Assembly (NCBI GenBank): GCA_963514005.1
Contig: OY740811.1
Location: 32,178,001-32,242,000 of the forward strand
Reading direction: 5' to 3'
DNA: 64,000 bases
Source: Raja brachyura
Taxonomy: Eukaryota
The notes below the pieces were generated by a model. That model was not told where the DNA came from. It ran no database searches and saw only the letters and a list, made by a program, of their open reading frames with translations. The translations under genes and the position numbers were made by a program. Below, piece by piece: positions 23,539 through 37,600 of the stretch (positions within the stretch are counted from its first letter, which is position 1; each line of letters begins with the position of its first letter).

Positions 23539-24029
23539 GTAATTGCCCCGTATTAACCGCTTATCCCTGGGACAACTACCCTATTCTTTTCCTCCCTTCT
23601 TACCCTATTGACCTGCATGTTGTATGCATGTCTGGGATCCTGGGTGCATTTTACTTGCATGTGTCTATTGAAGACAAATGGTTAGAAACGGGAATGGATT
23701 TGCAGTTGAATTAATTTTACACCCTTAAACATGGGAGGCACTTCTGACAATATAAGTTAATTTTGCTCATTGATTAATTTGTTAATGCCATGTTGATGCG
23801 ACTCTTTTGTAGCCTCTGCTTCAAGGATGGAAGATTGTTATTCACATCCCACTGTACCTCCCAATTTATTGTTTTCTAGACCATCATGAAGAACCACCTA
23901 AAAGACAAATCTACCATTTCCCCCCTCCACAGTAAAATCACTTATGAATCTTAATAACAGATCCCAAGCTTTCCCACTTTGACATCTCTCATCTCCTCAA
24001 GTATACAGTATACAGTTGGATCATAGACT

Positions 24030-25110
24030 CTCAGAAAATATACAATGCAGGATGAGGCATGTTACTTTAGGTCGAAAGAAAGCTAATGCTGCTTTGCAGC
24101 TCCAGGTCTGTAATCCAAGCAGGTTGCAGTTCTCAAGTGCACATCCAAGGACTTATTAAATATTAAGGATTGAATCTCCTGTAACTTTTCAGAACCTGAG
24201 GCTGGATGGAAATATTTTTGTTTCCACGAACAAATTATGTTGAGTTTTGATCACTCATTAAGGGAAATGTCCTCCCTGTTTATTTCATCTAGGCGCCTTT
24301 TATTTTACACATCTCGTTTAAATCATAGAATCTCCCCTCGGCCTCTTCAGTTCCATGTAAAACATCCTTAACTCATCCAATCTTTTATCTCCAACTTAAT
24401 GTTCCAGTCCTGGCAACATTCTCTTAAATCTCTTCTGCCCACTCACATCTATCCTGTAAAATGGTGAATGACTAGAAGTGCACACTTACATGAGCTGTGG
24501 CCTAACTAAACACAAGTACACATTTAGCATAACTTCCTTGTCCCTGTCATCTGCTAGGAAAGGAAAATGTCCCATATGTTCTTAAAACAACTTTTGATTT
24601 GTCTTGTTTGAGGATCCATAAAATACACTCCCATTGCTGCACATCTGTCAATATCTTCTCATCTATTTCAGATTCCCTGTCATTTGAACCATCCAAAACT
24701 AAGTACCGGTACTTTACATGCTCTGGAAGAAATTATCTTTGTCACTTTTCATCCCTACTGACCAGACCATCTATCATCCTGCAGTCTAAAGCTTTCTCTT
24801 TCTCGTCAACTACTTGTGAAATGATTCAGTTTTTCTATAATTTACAAATTCTTTACAATGCTCCCATTTACATCCAAATCATTAATATCTACATAAATAT
24901 AATGGACCCAGAACTGAGCTCTGGACTACCCCGATTAAAACAGCCCTGCGGATGCAAAACCTCTTGACCATTAATGACCCCTTTCCTTTCAACCTCTGAC
25001 GTAACTTTGAATCCAATTTGCACCCTCTTATTAATTCCATAAATTTTTACTGATGAGCCAGTTGTGTGGAACTTGTCCACACTCTGCAAAACGCATTGTA
25101 GACCATATCA
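24030..25110 (-). mobile_element. Old decayed CR1 LINE (RT region to 3' end)
   Basis: Patchy similarity to younger CR1 copies; boundaries approximate. Confidence 0.55.
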
Positions 25111-26199
25111 AATGAAAATTAAAATAAAAACTGCAGGTGGAAATCTGGAACAAAAAGAGAAAATGCTGGAAACACTCAGCAGATTAGGCAGCATCTGTAG
25201 AAAGAGACACCGTTAACCTTTCAGAGGGTCGGTCTGAAATGTTAACTCTGTTTCTCTTTCCACAGATGCTGCTTGACCTGCTAGATCACATGAAATAGGC
25301 CTTTTTACCTCCACAAAAAAATGTTGTTCAGGTTAGTCCCTTGACAAATTCATGCCGATTATCCATAATTAATCTGTGTCTTCCTAAAAGAAGTTTTAAA
25401 AATATCCCTTCAAATTGATTTAATTAATCTTTTCACCAAATGAATTCACATTTGATATCACCCTCAACAATAATATTTTCCCAGAGGTGTAATTGAACAA
25501 TTCATTTACATATTAACCAGTTTCTTTCTCAACTTTTCCTTTGTCTCATTTGAGCAAAACGTTCTCAACTGAGCTAAGAATCGGCTCGGAGCTTGGCTTT
25601 GTACATGGAAATCCATTTTACCATAAGAATCTTTTTTAACTGAGGATTTTCATCCAAGAACTTAAAGCATTTGCTGCCAATGTGTTCATAAACAAAAGAT
25701 ATATTCCTTCTATGATTGGATAGTTGGAGTAAAATGCTTTACCTCGTGCAGTTTACATGTTTTGCAGCCTGAGGAAATGTAGAGCAACAGTTCTGTTGTT
25801 TGCAATGCTTTGGATGTACCATCCTGTCTGGGATCGATATTTCAGGAGCAAAGAGTGTAAATCAGTTTTGTTGTGAATAAATGCATTCCCTTATATTTCT
25901 TGGTCTAAACATTAGCAAATCAAATGAGCAAGATCAAAAAGCCATCCATGGAACCCAAGCTGCTTCAACTACATGGGGTTAGTTTCTTCGGAACAGTATT
26001 TTGTAGGAAACTCACAGAGCCAGGCAGTATCTGGAGAGGCAACGTTTTGGGTCATAAGTCTTCTTCAGGTGGATTGGGTTGTGTGTTCAGTGGGTGGTTA
26101 TCTTGCAATTCAAGTGAATGCAGGTAGAAGGAAAATAGATCACTGGAAGATAAGCATTAAAAGCAGACAAGTTGTACAGACGATCACCAGGAGAAAGTT

Positions 26200-27800
26200 C
26201 AAGAGAGCATCTTAGAGGTTCTGGAATTGTTTTGTGGTTGCAGACATTGTCTTCCTCATGCCAGTTTCAAGGACATCACTGAGAGACTGCAGAAAATTCG
26301 GGAGAGGAACAAAGGTTGTCGGTGCCAAAAGTAAAATATTTAATGAGATCTTGCCAGCAGGATTTAAGGAGTTGGGAAAGAGATTAAGAAGCAGAACGAG
26401 TTGTAATTTAGACACAAAATGCTGGAGTAACTCAGCGGGACAGGCAGCATCTTTGCAAAGAAGGAATTGGTGATGTCATCCATTTCTTCTCTCCAGCGAT
26501 GCTGCCTGTCCCGCTGAGTTACTCCAGCATTTTGTGTCTATTTTCAATTTAAACCATCATCTGCAGTTCTTTCCTAAAAGAAGAGTTGTAATTTTGTCTT
26601 TTGGTCCTTCTCAACACTGGAGGGTAGTGCCGATGACAGGATGGCCAGGGTGAATGAGCAAGAGGAAAGATTTTTGATGTTTAGGACTTTGTGGCAAATT
26701 CTGGGAATGTGGAAACCAGGTAGATCAAAGTGGTTGCACCTCAGCACGACATGTCTGCGAGTGCTGTTCAGGCAGATTTTATGCATTTGACATGGTTCAG
26801 TAGGTAGAAGAATGGATCTGAAAATATAACTAAGGAATTAGATGAGTGAGTTTGGAAGGCAGAGCAAATAAAGCATGTAAAATCAAAAAGGGAGAGTCTG
26901 GCTACACTTTGCAGTATCTGTAAAAGTGAGGAGTTTGGTGCGAGCAGAATAGTTGAGTGCTCTTGATTCAAATGTGGAAATATAACATTGCAAGTGTGGA
27001 TTAAACTTGATTTAAAGAAGGGCGGAAATAACAAGCTACTCTGGTTAGGGAGTTTTCAAATGCAAAGGAAGGGAAAGGCAGTCTATCTAAGGGAAAGGCA
27101 ATATGTGTTCAAGAAACTATCACAGAGAAGGTATAGTATGTTAGAAAGATCATCAAATGAGACTTTATGAATCAAACTAAATTAAAAATAAAACAGCAAA
27201 CGGGCAGTTGCACTGTTTGGATTGTATTTTAGACCTCCAAATGATCGAGGGAAATTGGTCGGCAATATTGCAGGCAAATGTATAAAGTCTGAAGAAGTGT
27301 CCCGACCCATACGTCACCTGTGCACATCTTCCAGAGATGCTGCCTGACCTGCTGTGTTGCTCCAGCACTCTGTCAGTTTTTGCATATGTGTAGAAGTGTG
27401 CAATTAGCATACTATGCTAATAATTGAGACAGAGGAGTGAGGTGTAGAATTTAATTCCACAAGTAGTAATTACGATACAGTCATTATAGAAAGCGCATCA
27501 GGCAAAGTATTTAAATCAATACATTCTTTCATTGCCTATATCTATAAAGCCCAGAAGATGAAGTGGTAAAATTCTGCTTTAGGATTTATGGAATGAGGTT
27601 GGACAGATGGGAGAGCATTTCAGTGTTACTGATAATAATTCAGTTAGATTTAGCATAGTTATTTGAAAGGACAAAGATAAAATAGGTGCACAGAATTTAA
27701 ATTGGAGCATTGCCAATTTTGCTAGGCTGATTTAATAAAAGTGGAGTAAAGTCAGTTACTTGCTTCTAAAGAAGCCTGGAGCAAAATGTTTGTGTAAAGG
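26200..27800 (+). mobile_element. Old CR1 5' region (ORF1 esterase-like and APE endonuclease remnants)
   Basis: FKELGKRLRSRT and GLYFRPPN-like remnants; interrupted by Penelope insertions. Confidence 0.55.
26410..26582. mobile_element. Penelope-derived fold-back element nested in an old CR1
   Basis: Inverted arms; TSD gagttgtaattt (26398-26409 / 26583-26594). Confidence 0.85.
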
Positions 27801-27904
27801 AGAAGGCCAGTACCACTGAATCAAAGGTTCCTTGGAATACAAGATCAATGGGGTAGTGGGGTTGGATAAGGAACAAAGGGGAAGGTCGTGACACCAGCTT
27901 AGAG

Positions 27905-28185
27905 AACTTGCTGCTACAGAAAACTTGTACAGAGGGATCTTGGGGTACATCCAGCGATACACCGTTGTAGTGGACTTGATAAAATATTTCTACATCGCAT
28001 CTATAGATGTTGGTGAGGTTTGTTGGGGACATACGGGACTCTTGGCCATTGCTTTGATATGGCTAGCCCGGAACAAGTTGCAGGTGATATTTACTCCTAG
28101 GAACTTGAAGCTTTCAACCATCTTCACTTCAGTGCCAAAGTATATCAGGATATGTGTAACACTTTGCTTCCTGAAGTCCACTGTG
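27905..28185 (-). mobile_element. Rex1/Babar-like LINE fragment
   Basis: VESFKFLGVNITCNL motif in ORF 27990-28205. Confidence 0.6.
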
Positions 28186-29947
28186 GTGCTGATCTGGGAC
28201 TCCATTGACCTTGGAAGGGGGTAACAGTGCAGGATATGACATCAATGAAAATGATCCACGCTAACTTTTAATGACATTCTAAATTTGTTGCCTTTGAAGT
28301 CAAAAATCTGCCATTCTGCTCACCCACGCTGTGAAACTTTAAGATCAAGGTCTTATTTTTCCCTGCTTCTGCCAGTGCTGTTCAGTTAGCAGAATAGGGA
28401 GTAGACTTACCTCGAACTGTTTAACATCTGTTTGATGTTTCTTCCAGTTGGCAGCTTACTTAAGAAATCGTGTAACTCCATCTAACTCATACGGACTAAA
28501 GGGTCACATTGTGAATTGATGATTGCCCAAATCCTTTCATGATCTTTCATCAAGGCAAAAGAAAAGAATTTGATGGAATAATTTCTATCTGCCTGGATAT
28601 GTGTAGCTCCATCACTTAAAGCTCGACTCAATCCAAGATCTCCCGTTCCACCATCTAAAGTTCCTAAGTCCACCGCCAACCTGACTTTAAAATGTATTGC
28701 TGTTCCTACATTGCTTCTGGGTCCAAATCTGAACCTCCCAACCTGACGACTGAGGGGATTTATTACAAATTCAAAGGAGTGACTCACCGCCAGTTTCTCA
28801 AATGCAGATGGGGGACAAGAAGTAATCTGTCGTATCTAGGGATTCCTACATTCGATGAACAAATACAATAAATACCCTGGATTTCTGCAGGATTATTATG
28901 ATTTGATCTTTGCAGCTGCGATGCAGGATGAAACTTTAAAAAATTCCATTGCATGCTTTAACATTTTCTCTTTCTAGCCTTACAGGAGCCTCTTGTGTAA
29001 TGTGATATGTTCCTTTGACTTGCAGTGGAGAATGCGTTCCATGCAAGTTCAAGGTGATTATTTAAGAGACTGTCTTGATATCTGTAGTAATGAAACTTTA
29101 GCTTTTAGCAGGGTATTTTTGAGAAGTTTCAAAGGTGCGTGGAAATTAGGAATGTAGCTGCTCTGATTGCAGGAGCTTTCAAATTAATTGTGAAAGCAGA
29201 ATCTGTAGTCGCTTTATAAATGGATGCATTTTGGGGGTGGTGGAGCGAGATCTTGGCATGGGAACAAAGTGGATAGCTCAGAGCTATCATGGTCACAATG
29301 GTCACATGGCGTTCTCCACTATAAAATTCTGCGTAAAGAATTGTCCAATTTTTCCCTGTTATACACTTTGGTGAAATATTGAAAGAGCAAGGGGTATACA
29401 TTTTAAATTTTATTGAGTTAAGATTAAGATAACTTGTGCATGATTTTCATGCACAAAGAAACATTTAGTAGCTGTGGACGGAATTTTCCAGAAATACATT
29501 ACAGTGGATAGTAGAAAAGGATTCAAAAGACAATTTGCATTTAATTCAAGAGATCGGGAGATATGAGGAGACAAATAGAATTGATTCTTTAGGTACAATT
29601 ATATTTTCCAGCACCTCGATTTACTTCCATAATCACACTTTGTGATCACTACACCAGTTGCTCCTCAGGTTATCAGGTGGAGCATATCCAGCGACAATGA
29701 ATTTTCCAAGTCGCATAGTCATTCTGTATGCAATCTCAAAAACAGATGCAGTACTATTTCCATATAGTTTCTGGCCTAGAATACAAAGTCAGAATCCCAC
29801 TGTGTTGCTGGTTCCAATGAGTTGTGCTGGAGCCCGGTGTGTCATTTGATAGTTAGTTTGAATGTAAGCCAGTGCACGAGTTACTGAATAGCGATCAAGG
29901 CCGAGATTCCTGGAGGAGAAGGATTCCATATGAAGTTACCATTCTGT

Positions 29948-32900
29948 AGAGTCATAAAGTGTGTAAATGGGTCCTTCGGCCCAACTTTCCCACACCGACT
30001 AACAAGTCTCATCTGCACTAGTCCCACTGGCCTGCTTTTGGTCCAAATCCCTCTAAAGGTGTCTTTTCTATGTACCTGTGTAACTGCTCCTTAAACGTTG
30101 CGATAATCCCCGTTTCAACTACCTCCTCCGGCAGCTTGTTCCATACACTCACCACCCATTGTGTGCAAAAGTTGCCCCTTGGGTTCCATTTAAAATTTTC
30201 CCTTCACCTTAAACCTATATTCTCTGGTTCTCGATTCCCCTAGTCTGAGCAATAGACTTTGTGCATCTACCAGATCTATTCCTCTCATAATTTTATGCAC
30301 CGCTATAAGATCACCCCTCATCCTCCTGCACTCCGAGGAATAAGAGTCCCAGCCTGCTCAACCTCTCACTAGAGCTCAGACCCTCGGGTCCTGGTAACAT
30401 CCTTGTAAATCTTCCCTGCACCCGTTCCAACTTGACAACATCCTTCCTATAAATTGAGATGAATATTCTAAGGTGGGATAAATGGGACCCTGGGCAGGGA
30501 AGATTAAAAGAAACGAGAGCTGATGTTCCAACTTGGTCAGCTGCTGTAATGCAGCTAGAAACTCCTCGTAGTAAGTCATTGCAGTAAGATAGCTTGTCAC
30601 TACATTGATCAATAGACAATAGGTGCAGGAGTAGGCCATTCGGCCCTTCAAGCCAGCACCACCATTCAGTGTGATCATGGCTGATCATCCCCAATCAGTA
30701 CCCCGTTCCTGCCTTCTCCCCATCTCCCCTGACTCCGCTATTTTTGAGAGCCCTATCCAGCTCTCTTGAAAGCATCCAGAGAACCCGCCTCCACCGCCCT
30801 CTGAGGCAGAGAATTCCACAGATCATGTCAGCATTGATTTGGACAGCCTTATCTTACAGAATGCATCTCAGGGGGGAGAAGAAATTAATAAGAGAGATAA
30901 ATAAAAACAAAATGCTGGAACTACTTTGCAGGTCATACAGCATCTCTAAAAAGTGAAACTGAATTTAACTTTCAGATCTATGCAAGGCCATTAACCTGAA
31001 GCATTAACTGTTTATCTCTACAAATACTACCTAGTCTGCTGATTATTTCCAGCATTTTGTTTTTATTTCCGACTTCCTGCATCTGCACTTCTTTTGCTGC
31101 AATTAGAATATAGACCAAAGAAAAGCACAGGACCAGGTCTGGTCCACCATGCCTGCACTGACCATGATGTCAGTATAACTGATCTCAACCATCTGCACAT
31201 GGTCCGTGACCCTCTAATTCCCTGCCTGTTCATGTGCCAATCTAAATGTCTCTTACCCACAGCTATTGTATCTGTCTACCACCTGCACTAGCAGTTCCAG
31301 GCACATACCACTGAGTATTAAATACAACCTGTCTAGCACATTTCCTTTAAACTTTCCCCCTCTCACTTTAAACCTATTTCCTTTAGTATTTGCCATTTCC
31401 ACTCTGAGGAGAAAGATTCCGACTATCTACGCTGTCTATGTGTGTCATTTTATATACTTCTGACAGCCCTCAGCCACTGACGCTTCAGAGAAAATACTCC
31501 AAGCTTGTACTAACTCTCCATATAGCTAATACACTCCAATCCAGGCAACATCTTGGTGAATATCTTTTCCACCCTTTCCAAAGAATCCACATCCTCCCTC
31601 TAGTGTGAAGTGCACAAAATACTCAGTGGCCCGACCAAAAGTTTTATACAGCTGCCTGTCACCTTTCATACTCAATGTCTTGTCCGATGAAGGCAAGCAT
31701 GCCATATGCCTTCTTTACCAGCCTGTGTACCTGCGTTCCACTTTCCGGGAACTATTGACCGCATCAATGCATGCGAGGATCCTGCCATTTACTGTGTACT
31801 TTCCTCCTGCATTTGACTCCTGTTTTTGCACTTATATTACCTGCTCATTACCTGGTATTACTGATTATTATTAATTTACTGTATTATTGATTATTGTATG
31901 TATTTGTGTGTTTTGCATTAATGGGCCTGGAAAGCTGCAGCAAAGAAGAATGTAATTTTACTGCTGCTGATACATATGACAATAAAGGCTCTTGACTTGA
32001 GCTAAAATGCATAACCTCACACCTGCCATTTATCTGCCGATATTTCCAACTTATCTGTCCTGTTGTATCCTTTGACACCCTTCCCTATGATCCACCAATC
32101 TTCCAATTTTTGTGTGGTCTGTGAATTTACTAAATGGACTACCTATGTTTTGACCGAAGATAGACACAAAATACTGGAGTAACTGCGGGACAGGCAACAT
32201 CTCTGGAGATGAGGAATTGGTGACGTTTTGGGTTGAGACCCTTCTTCAGACAGGTCACCTATTCCTTCTCACGAGAGATGCGGGCTGTCCCACTGAGTTA
32301 CTCCCAGCATTTTGTCTCTATCTTCGGAGTAAACCAGCATCTGCAGTTCATTCCCACACACAGTTATGTTTTGATCCAATTTATTTATTATAAACAGTAG
32401 AAGTCCCAATTCTGATCTTTGCAAACACCACTAGTCAGAGACTTCCAGTCAGAAAAACACCCTTCCATCACTACCTTCTATCGTTTATGCCTAAGCTAAT
32501 TTTATTTGTCTTGTCATCCATGTCCTTATGAAAGCCGATGTGAAACACTCATTAAGAGCCTTGCCCACTGCCTTGGCTCCACGCAAACATTCCCTCCTTT
32601 GCCCTTGAGTGGACCTGTCCTTTTCCTGCCTGCCCTCTTGCAGGAAACATGCAGGTCTTGTCCAGGTTACAACAGAGTTCTAGCCCTGAGATCCATTTGT
32701 AACTAGAACAGTCCACGAGTCTGAATTGCAGCCTGTGGCAGCGTATTTGAGTCAACACATAGGCCAATCATCGACAACCAACCATTCAAATATTGCCGCT
32801 AACTGAGGTCCCACACGACAGGAGATGCCTGCAGCCCCACAGCAACCAGCAAATCCATCCCACCAGTCTCCCAAATAATGATTCATTTGTACAATCTGTG

Positions 32901-33100
32901 CACGTCAGGCGCTCATTACCTGGGGAGGACAGGTACGTGTAAAGTGGCTTGGGATTCTCATTAATCCTACTCGACAAGGTCATTTTATAGCCCATTATAA
33001 CCTTCCGCCTTCCTTGTTTAAGCTCTTTCCTGCTTCATTTATATTCTGAGGGGGCCTTGTTCAATTTCCGCTTCTTAAACCTTGCATTTGGAAAAAGGAT
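29948..33100 (-). mobile_element. Cluster of CR1 fragments (~29948-30450, 30611-30822, 31110-31820, 32385-33100)
   Basis: KDVVKLERVQGRFTRMLPG, INENPKPLYTY and CR1 3' UTRs. Confidence 0.75.
32156..32362. mobile_element. Penelope-derived fold-back element
   Basis: Inverted arms flanked by direct repeat tatgttttga. Confidence 0.8.
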
Positions 33101-34041
33101 TCTGTTTTTCTATATAAAAAAGGAAACAAATCTTGGAGTAAGTCACCTGCTCTGACAGTTTCTTTTAATGGGCTGAGTATAATCACAGTGTAGCATCCTC
33201 GAGTGCCGTGAACTGCTAATAATAGTCTGCTATGAACAAGCATGTAAGAACTTGCCTGACACATCCTTCCCATAAACTGGAGCTGCAAGGTCAAATACAA
33301 CGTGATGAAAACACAATGTAGTTAAAGCTGACTTGGATGTCATGCCTGATGCCATGGCTGGTATAGCCACGATTCTCAGGAACTGAGTCTTGTTATTCAT
33401 TTTCAACCGGAGACACGAGAATCTGGAGCAAATGGCAAACTGCTGGAGAAACGCGGTGGGTTGAGCAGCAAATGTGGAGGCAACAGTATGGTTGACGTTT
33501 CAGGTTGAGCCCCTACATCAGGACTGAGAGTATAGATGGGAGATAACCAACTTAAGAGGTCTAAGAGATCCAGATGCAGGGCCTCCATCCAAAATGTCTA
33601 TAGTTGCTGCTTGATGTACTGAATACCAACAGCTGTTCATCATTTTTGGCTAGGTTGACCTTGCTGTGGTCAACCATAGATGTCCAAGATGGTTTGTGTA
33701 AAATATCTCACGGAAATATGGTTTCACGACTTATGTTGGTTAATTGATTAAATTAGCGTTTGCTGTGAGCAGTCTGCTTGAAGTGTTTCTTAACCTGCTG
33801 CACGCAGTTGTTTGTCATCACTCCAACTGTGTAAAAAAACATTTAACTTTACTGTTTCCTCAGTAAAATTAAATATGATAAATAGCTTGGTTACACAAAC
33901 ACAACATTTGGTCAGACACAGAGTGCTGGAGCAACTCAGTGGGTCAGGCAGCATCCCTGAAGAACATGGAGAGGTGATATCTCACCTTTCTTTTCGTTGT
34001 AAACTAATAATACTATGGATACAATAAACTAAACTAAACAG

Positions 34042-34340
34042 AGGCAGCACGGTGGTGCAGCGGTGGATTTGCAGCGCCAGAGACCCGGGTTCCATCCTGA
34101 CTTTGGGTGCTGTCTGTAAGGAGTTTCTACGTTTTCCCTGTGACCCGTGTGGGTTTTCTTCTGGTGCTCCTGTTTCCTCCCACTCTCCAAAGACGTACAG
34201 GTTTGTAGGTTAATTGGATTGAGCAAAATTGTTAATTGACCTTGGTGAATAGGAAAGTGCTAGTGTACGGGGTGATCGCTGGTCGGCACGGACTCGGTAG
34301 ATCGAAGGGCCTGTTTCCTGGTTATACTCAAGTCTAAAAT
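34042..34340 (+). mobile_element. HE1/V-SINE-like SINE, followed by a Penelope tail (34343-34450)
   Basis: A-box ggtggtgcagcgg, B-box ggttccatcc, core and tail. Confidence 0.82.
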
Positions 34341-34491
34341 TCTTGACCCGAATCGTCACCTATCCATCTTCTCCAGAAATACTGCCTGACATTCTGAGTT
34401 GCTCCAGCACTGTGTGTCCCTTTGTGTAAACCAGCATCTGCAGTTCCTAGTTTCTCCAAAGCTCAACCATTCCTGTGTTTTTGCCCAGCAG

Positions 34492-34622
34492 GCCACCATG
34501 CAGCAATGAACCAGCAACATATGATGTCGCCTTCCAGCTTTCCAATGCACAGATCGATGTCCCAACACCCCAATCTTACAGACGATATCCAGGATGACTT
34601 CGACTGGGATTCCATTGTCTAA
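34492..34622 (+). CDS. FOXJ3: FOXJ3 last coding exon ([12 protein letters not shown]...[13 protein letters not shown])
   Basis: C-terminal DDFDWDSIV; TAA at 34620-34622; tandem cag-cag acceptor, so the start may be 34489. Confidence 0.95.
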
Positions 34623-37600
34623 TTTGTCTTCATAAGGACAAGCCTGTCAATGTGACTCGGATGTTCTTTTAGCTTCTTGCTTATTTGTGTCGGCCATTGC
34701 TGGCCACAATCGCTGGACTGCTGCCCGGACACGCCCCCACCACCACTCTGCAAGAGAGCTGAACTTTTTTTTGAGAGGGGGTGGGGGGTGGGGGATGGGT
34801 GGGAAACATGCCCTCTGCTTGCAGTCACTATCGAAACGTGGAGATAGCTGCTGGCCCCCCGCAGTGGCGGAGCAGCAGCATCAAGCAATGAAGCTTTTTC
34901 TAACTCTGAACAGTTTTTTTTTAATCAAAGGGATGTGTTAAAGGTTAATGTCTGAGCATTGTTCACCTGAATGATGTGGCTCAGATGTGATCTAAGGTTG
35001 TGTAAGGATGGTACATTCAGTGCAGTTTCTCTCCTGTGTGGGGATTTTATTGGGGGGGAAACACTCCTATAGGAGGAAACACACATGGATAGGGGATCAG
35101 AAAGCTGGCTTCTAGATGGTCTCTTCGAGGGGAAGTCAGGGTTATTGTCAGTAGCTGGGAGGGGAATATTTTACAAAATGAGTTTCTTTTCAGAGAATTT
35201 TGTCTAAATACGGTGCTGCAGAGAAACCTCTCGATTTCTGTTGAAAATCCAGTTGCTGTAAACCAGGATTAGTATTGAAGACAATACTAGGGTAACTGGG
35301 GAAAGTGTTCTAACACTTCAAAGATTGCATTGCTGTGGCTTGCATTGTCTTTGAGTCCCCAGCTTTTGTGCACACAACACCAGCTTCCAAGTCTGAACTA
35401 TTGGGATTCTCCCCACAGATCCCACCCGGCCGCTCGTCACCACATCTCAAAAGGGTAGCACTAAATTCGGGTTTGCAGGTACCACGTACCGAGTGTCGAT
35501 GTGCTTTAAATCAGTATCCCAGTGATTAAATGTAGTAGTGTGATGGCAAAGGAGTCTGTCTCTCTCGTTGGTGGTGACTTTATCCAGCAGAATATCCTGA
35601 GATGAATGTTTAGCCTCTTCTGGTGAGTTCGTAATCTTCAAGTCGCAGTCATACAAACATGCAACAGAGTGCAGCACAGACTACAGGGTGCATGCATGGC
35701 GACAACTTCTGAACTGCTAACCATCCCTTTTCCTTTACCAAAAGTTCCATGATCATAGTAGGAGCGAAACTGGTTACTGCCTTCCTCCTTCCTCTGCTGG
35801 CCAAGGGGGAAAGGGCTACAGTCCACCGTATCCCTTGGAGAGGTGATGCAGGGGAAGTATGTTAACCAATATTGCATTTGTCAGTTTTGCATGTTTAGTG
35901 GTGGATAGATGAAAATTTCAATATTGGAATCCCATTCTGCTTTTAATACTTGCGTTACACTTTGTTTTAAATGAATTGGAGCTTTTTATATATGCACTTT
36001 CTGGAACTGTGCCTACTTGATTATTTCCACCTCCCTTTTATAAAGAAGAATCATCACACCAAGTAGTGCGTTCAGACTGCAATACCGATATGTGGATGCA
36101 CAATCTTTCTTGGTTCACATTTTAAATTGAGATTCAAGTCAAATCCATGCAAGTATCAACATTGGGGCAGTAGGAACTTTGTCGTAATTTAGTGAATGGG
36201 TGCTCCCCGGCACACTTGTTTTTGCTAGTGCATGGTTTTCTTTTGCCCTCCAGCTTCTCTTTCTTTCCCATTGTCTCATTTGCAGTTGAGGGATACTGTT
36301 CCCATTATTAAGACAGTGATGAAGTGTGTTTTTATCATGTTATATTTTGTCAGCTTGTTGATCCAGGAGTAAACAATGTCAAAATAGACAGGGCTCACTG
36401 TTGCCCCAAACATGTCACCAGATACTGCTGGGAAATTATGACTATCTAATGGCCGAAGTTTACCTACAGCTAAAGGTTGGTTTAATAAATCTTTGTGGAT
36501 GTGTTAGATGCAAGACGGAGACTGTATAGTTTGTGAATACCTATAAGGTGTCTTCACTGACTAGAACATTGAACTGAATGAGGAACAACGTGAATCTTGT
36601 TGTGTACCACAGAGCAGGGATTTAACTTGGCTCATTAATTCTACCTTCCATATTCTTTTTTTTTCCTCTTTAGAAGTGTTGTGATTTCTTGGAAGTCATA
36701 TTGCAAAAAAACTGGTTTAAAGCATTTTGCGTTTAAAATAATTCTGAATTTTGAATGAGGACATTTTTGCAGCCATAATGTAAGACGGAAGATTGTGATT
36801 GTTGAAAGCCGGTTTTTAAAATGAATTTTCCCCACAGTAAGTTAGTACTTCTGATTTGTGCTTAGTTGAAATATCTGCAATCCTAAACTCTTAATTTAAA
36901 ATAATTTGGATTTTCTGTCTTGCTTTTGGTTTCCATGAAAAAGTTGTTGGTAGTGCAAGACAATTCCGTTAAAGACAAAGTCTTTTAGCTCTTGCTTGAA
37001 TTTCAACTTCACCATTGCTTGCCTGCTGATTTTTAATCTTCACTCTTTTAATCCCCTCCCAGTCACAAAATAGTAGAAGTTGGGGTTAACAATTTTATAG
37101 ACTCGTAGGTTGTTCAGGTCAAGATTGGTGTCAGTACTATATAATCAGGATTCAGCAGTTTTTTTGCTAAAATGTTTTGCCTTTTCTCACATGACTACTG
37201 AAAAAGCTGAAGAAAAAGGGGAAATTAAAATGCTAGAACTATGCAGCATTTCTGTCGGCCTCTGAATGGAAAAGTAGGTTAATGTTCCATTTACCATCCC
37301 TCACTAATTTCTTGTTCAATGGCAGATCCCACTTAAGCACTCTTTTAGTTTCACATGGGCCTTCACATTTTCTGGTTTTTTTTCAAATTGGTACTTAATG
37401 AGGTAAACCCACGTAGTTTAAGTATTAACTGGAGATGTGAAATAAAATGTGAAAAAAATAAGGAACATTTCCTTAAGCTCAACCAACTGTGCTTGCTTGT
37501 TTCTCTTGTGTTGTGTGTCTGACCACTTCAGCTCAAATTGTTATTTATGAATGCACAGTTTCACTGCCACAAGAAACTCTAAGCATTTCAAATTGGACTC

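Noticed and set aside
5445-34622. Assignment as FOXJ2
   Set aside because: Non-forkhead exons (ASTPYS..., VTLYNTDQ..., DDFDWDSIV) match recalled FOXJ3.
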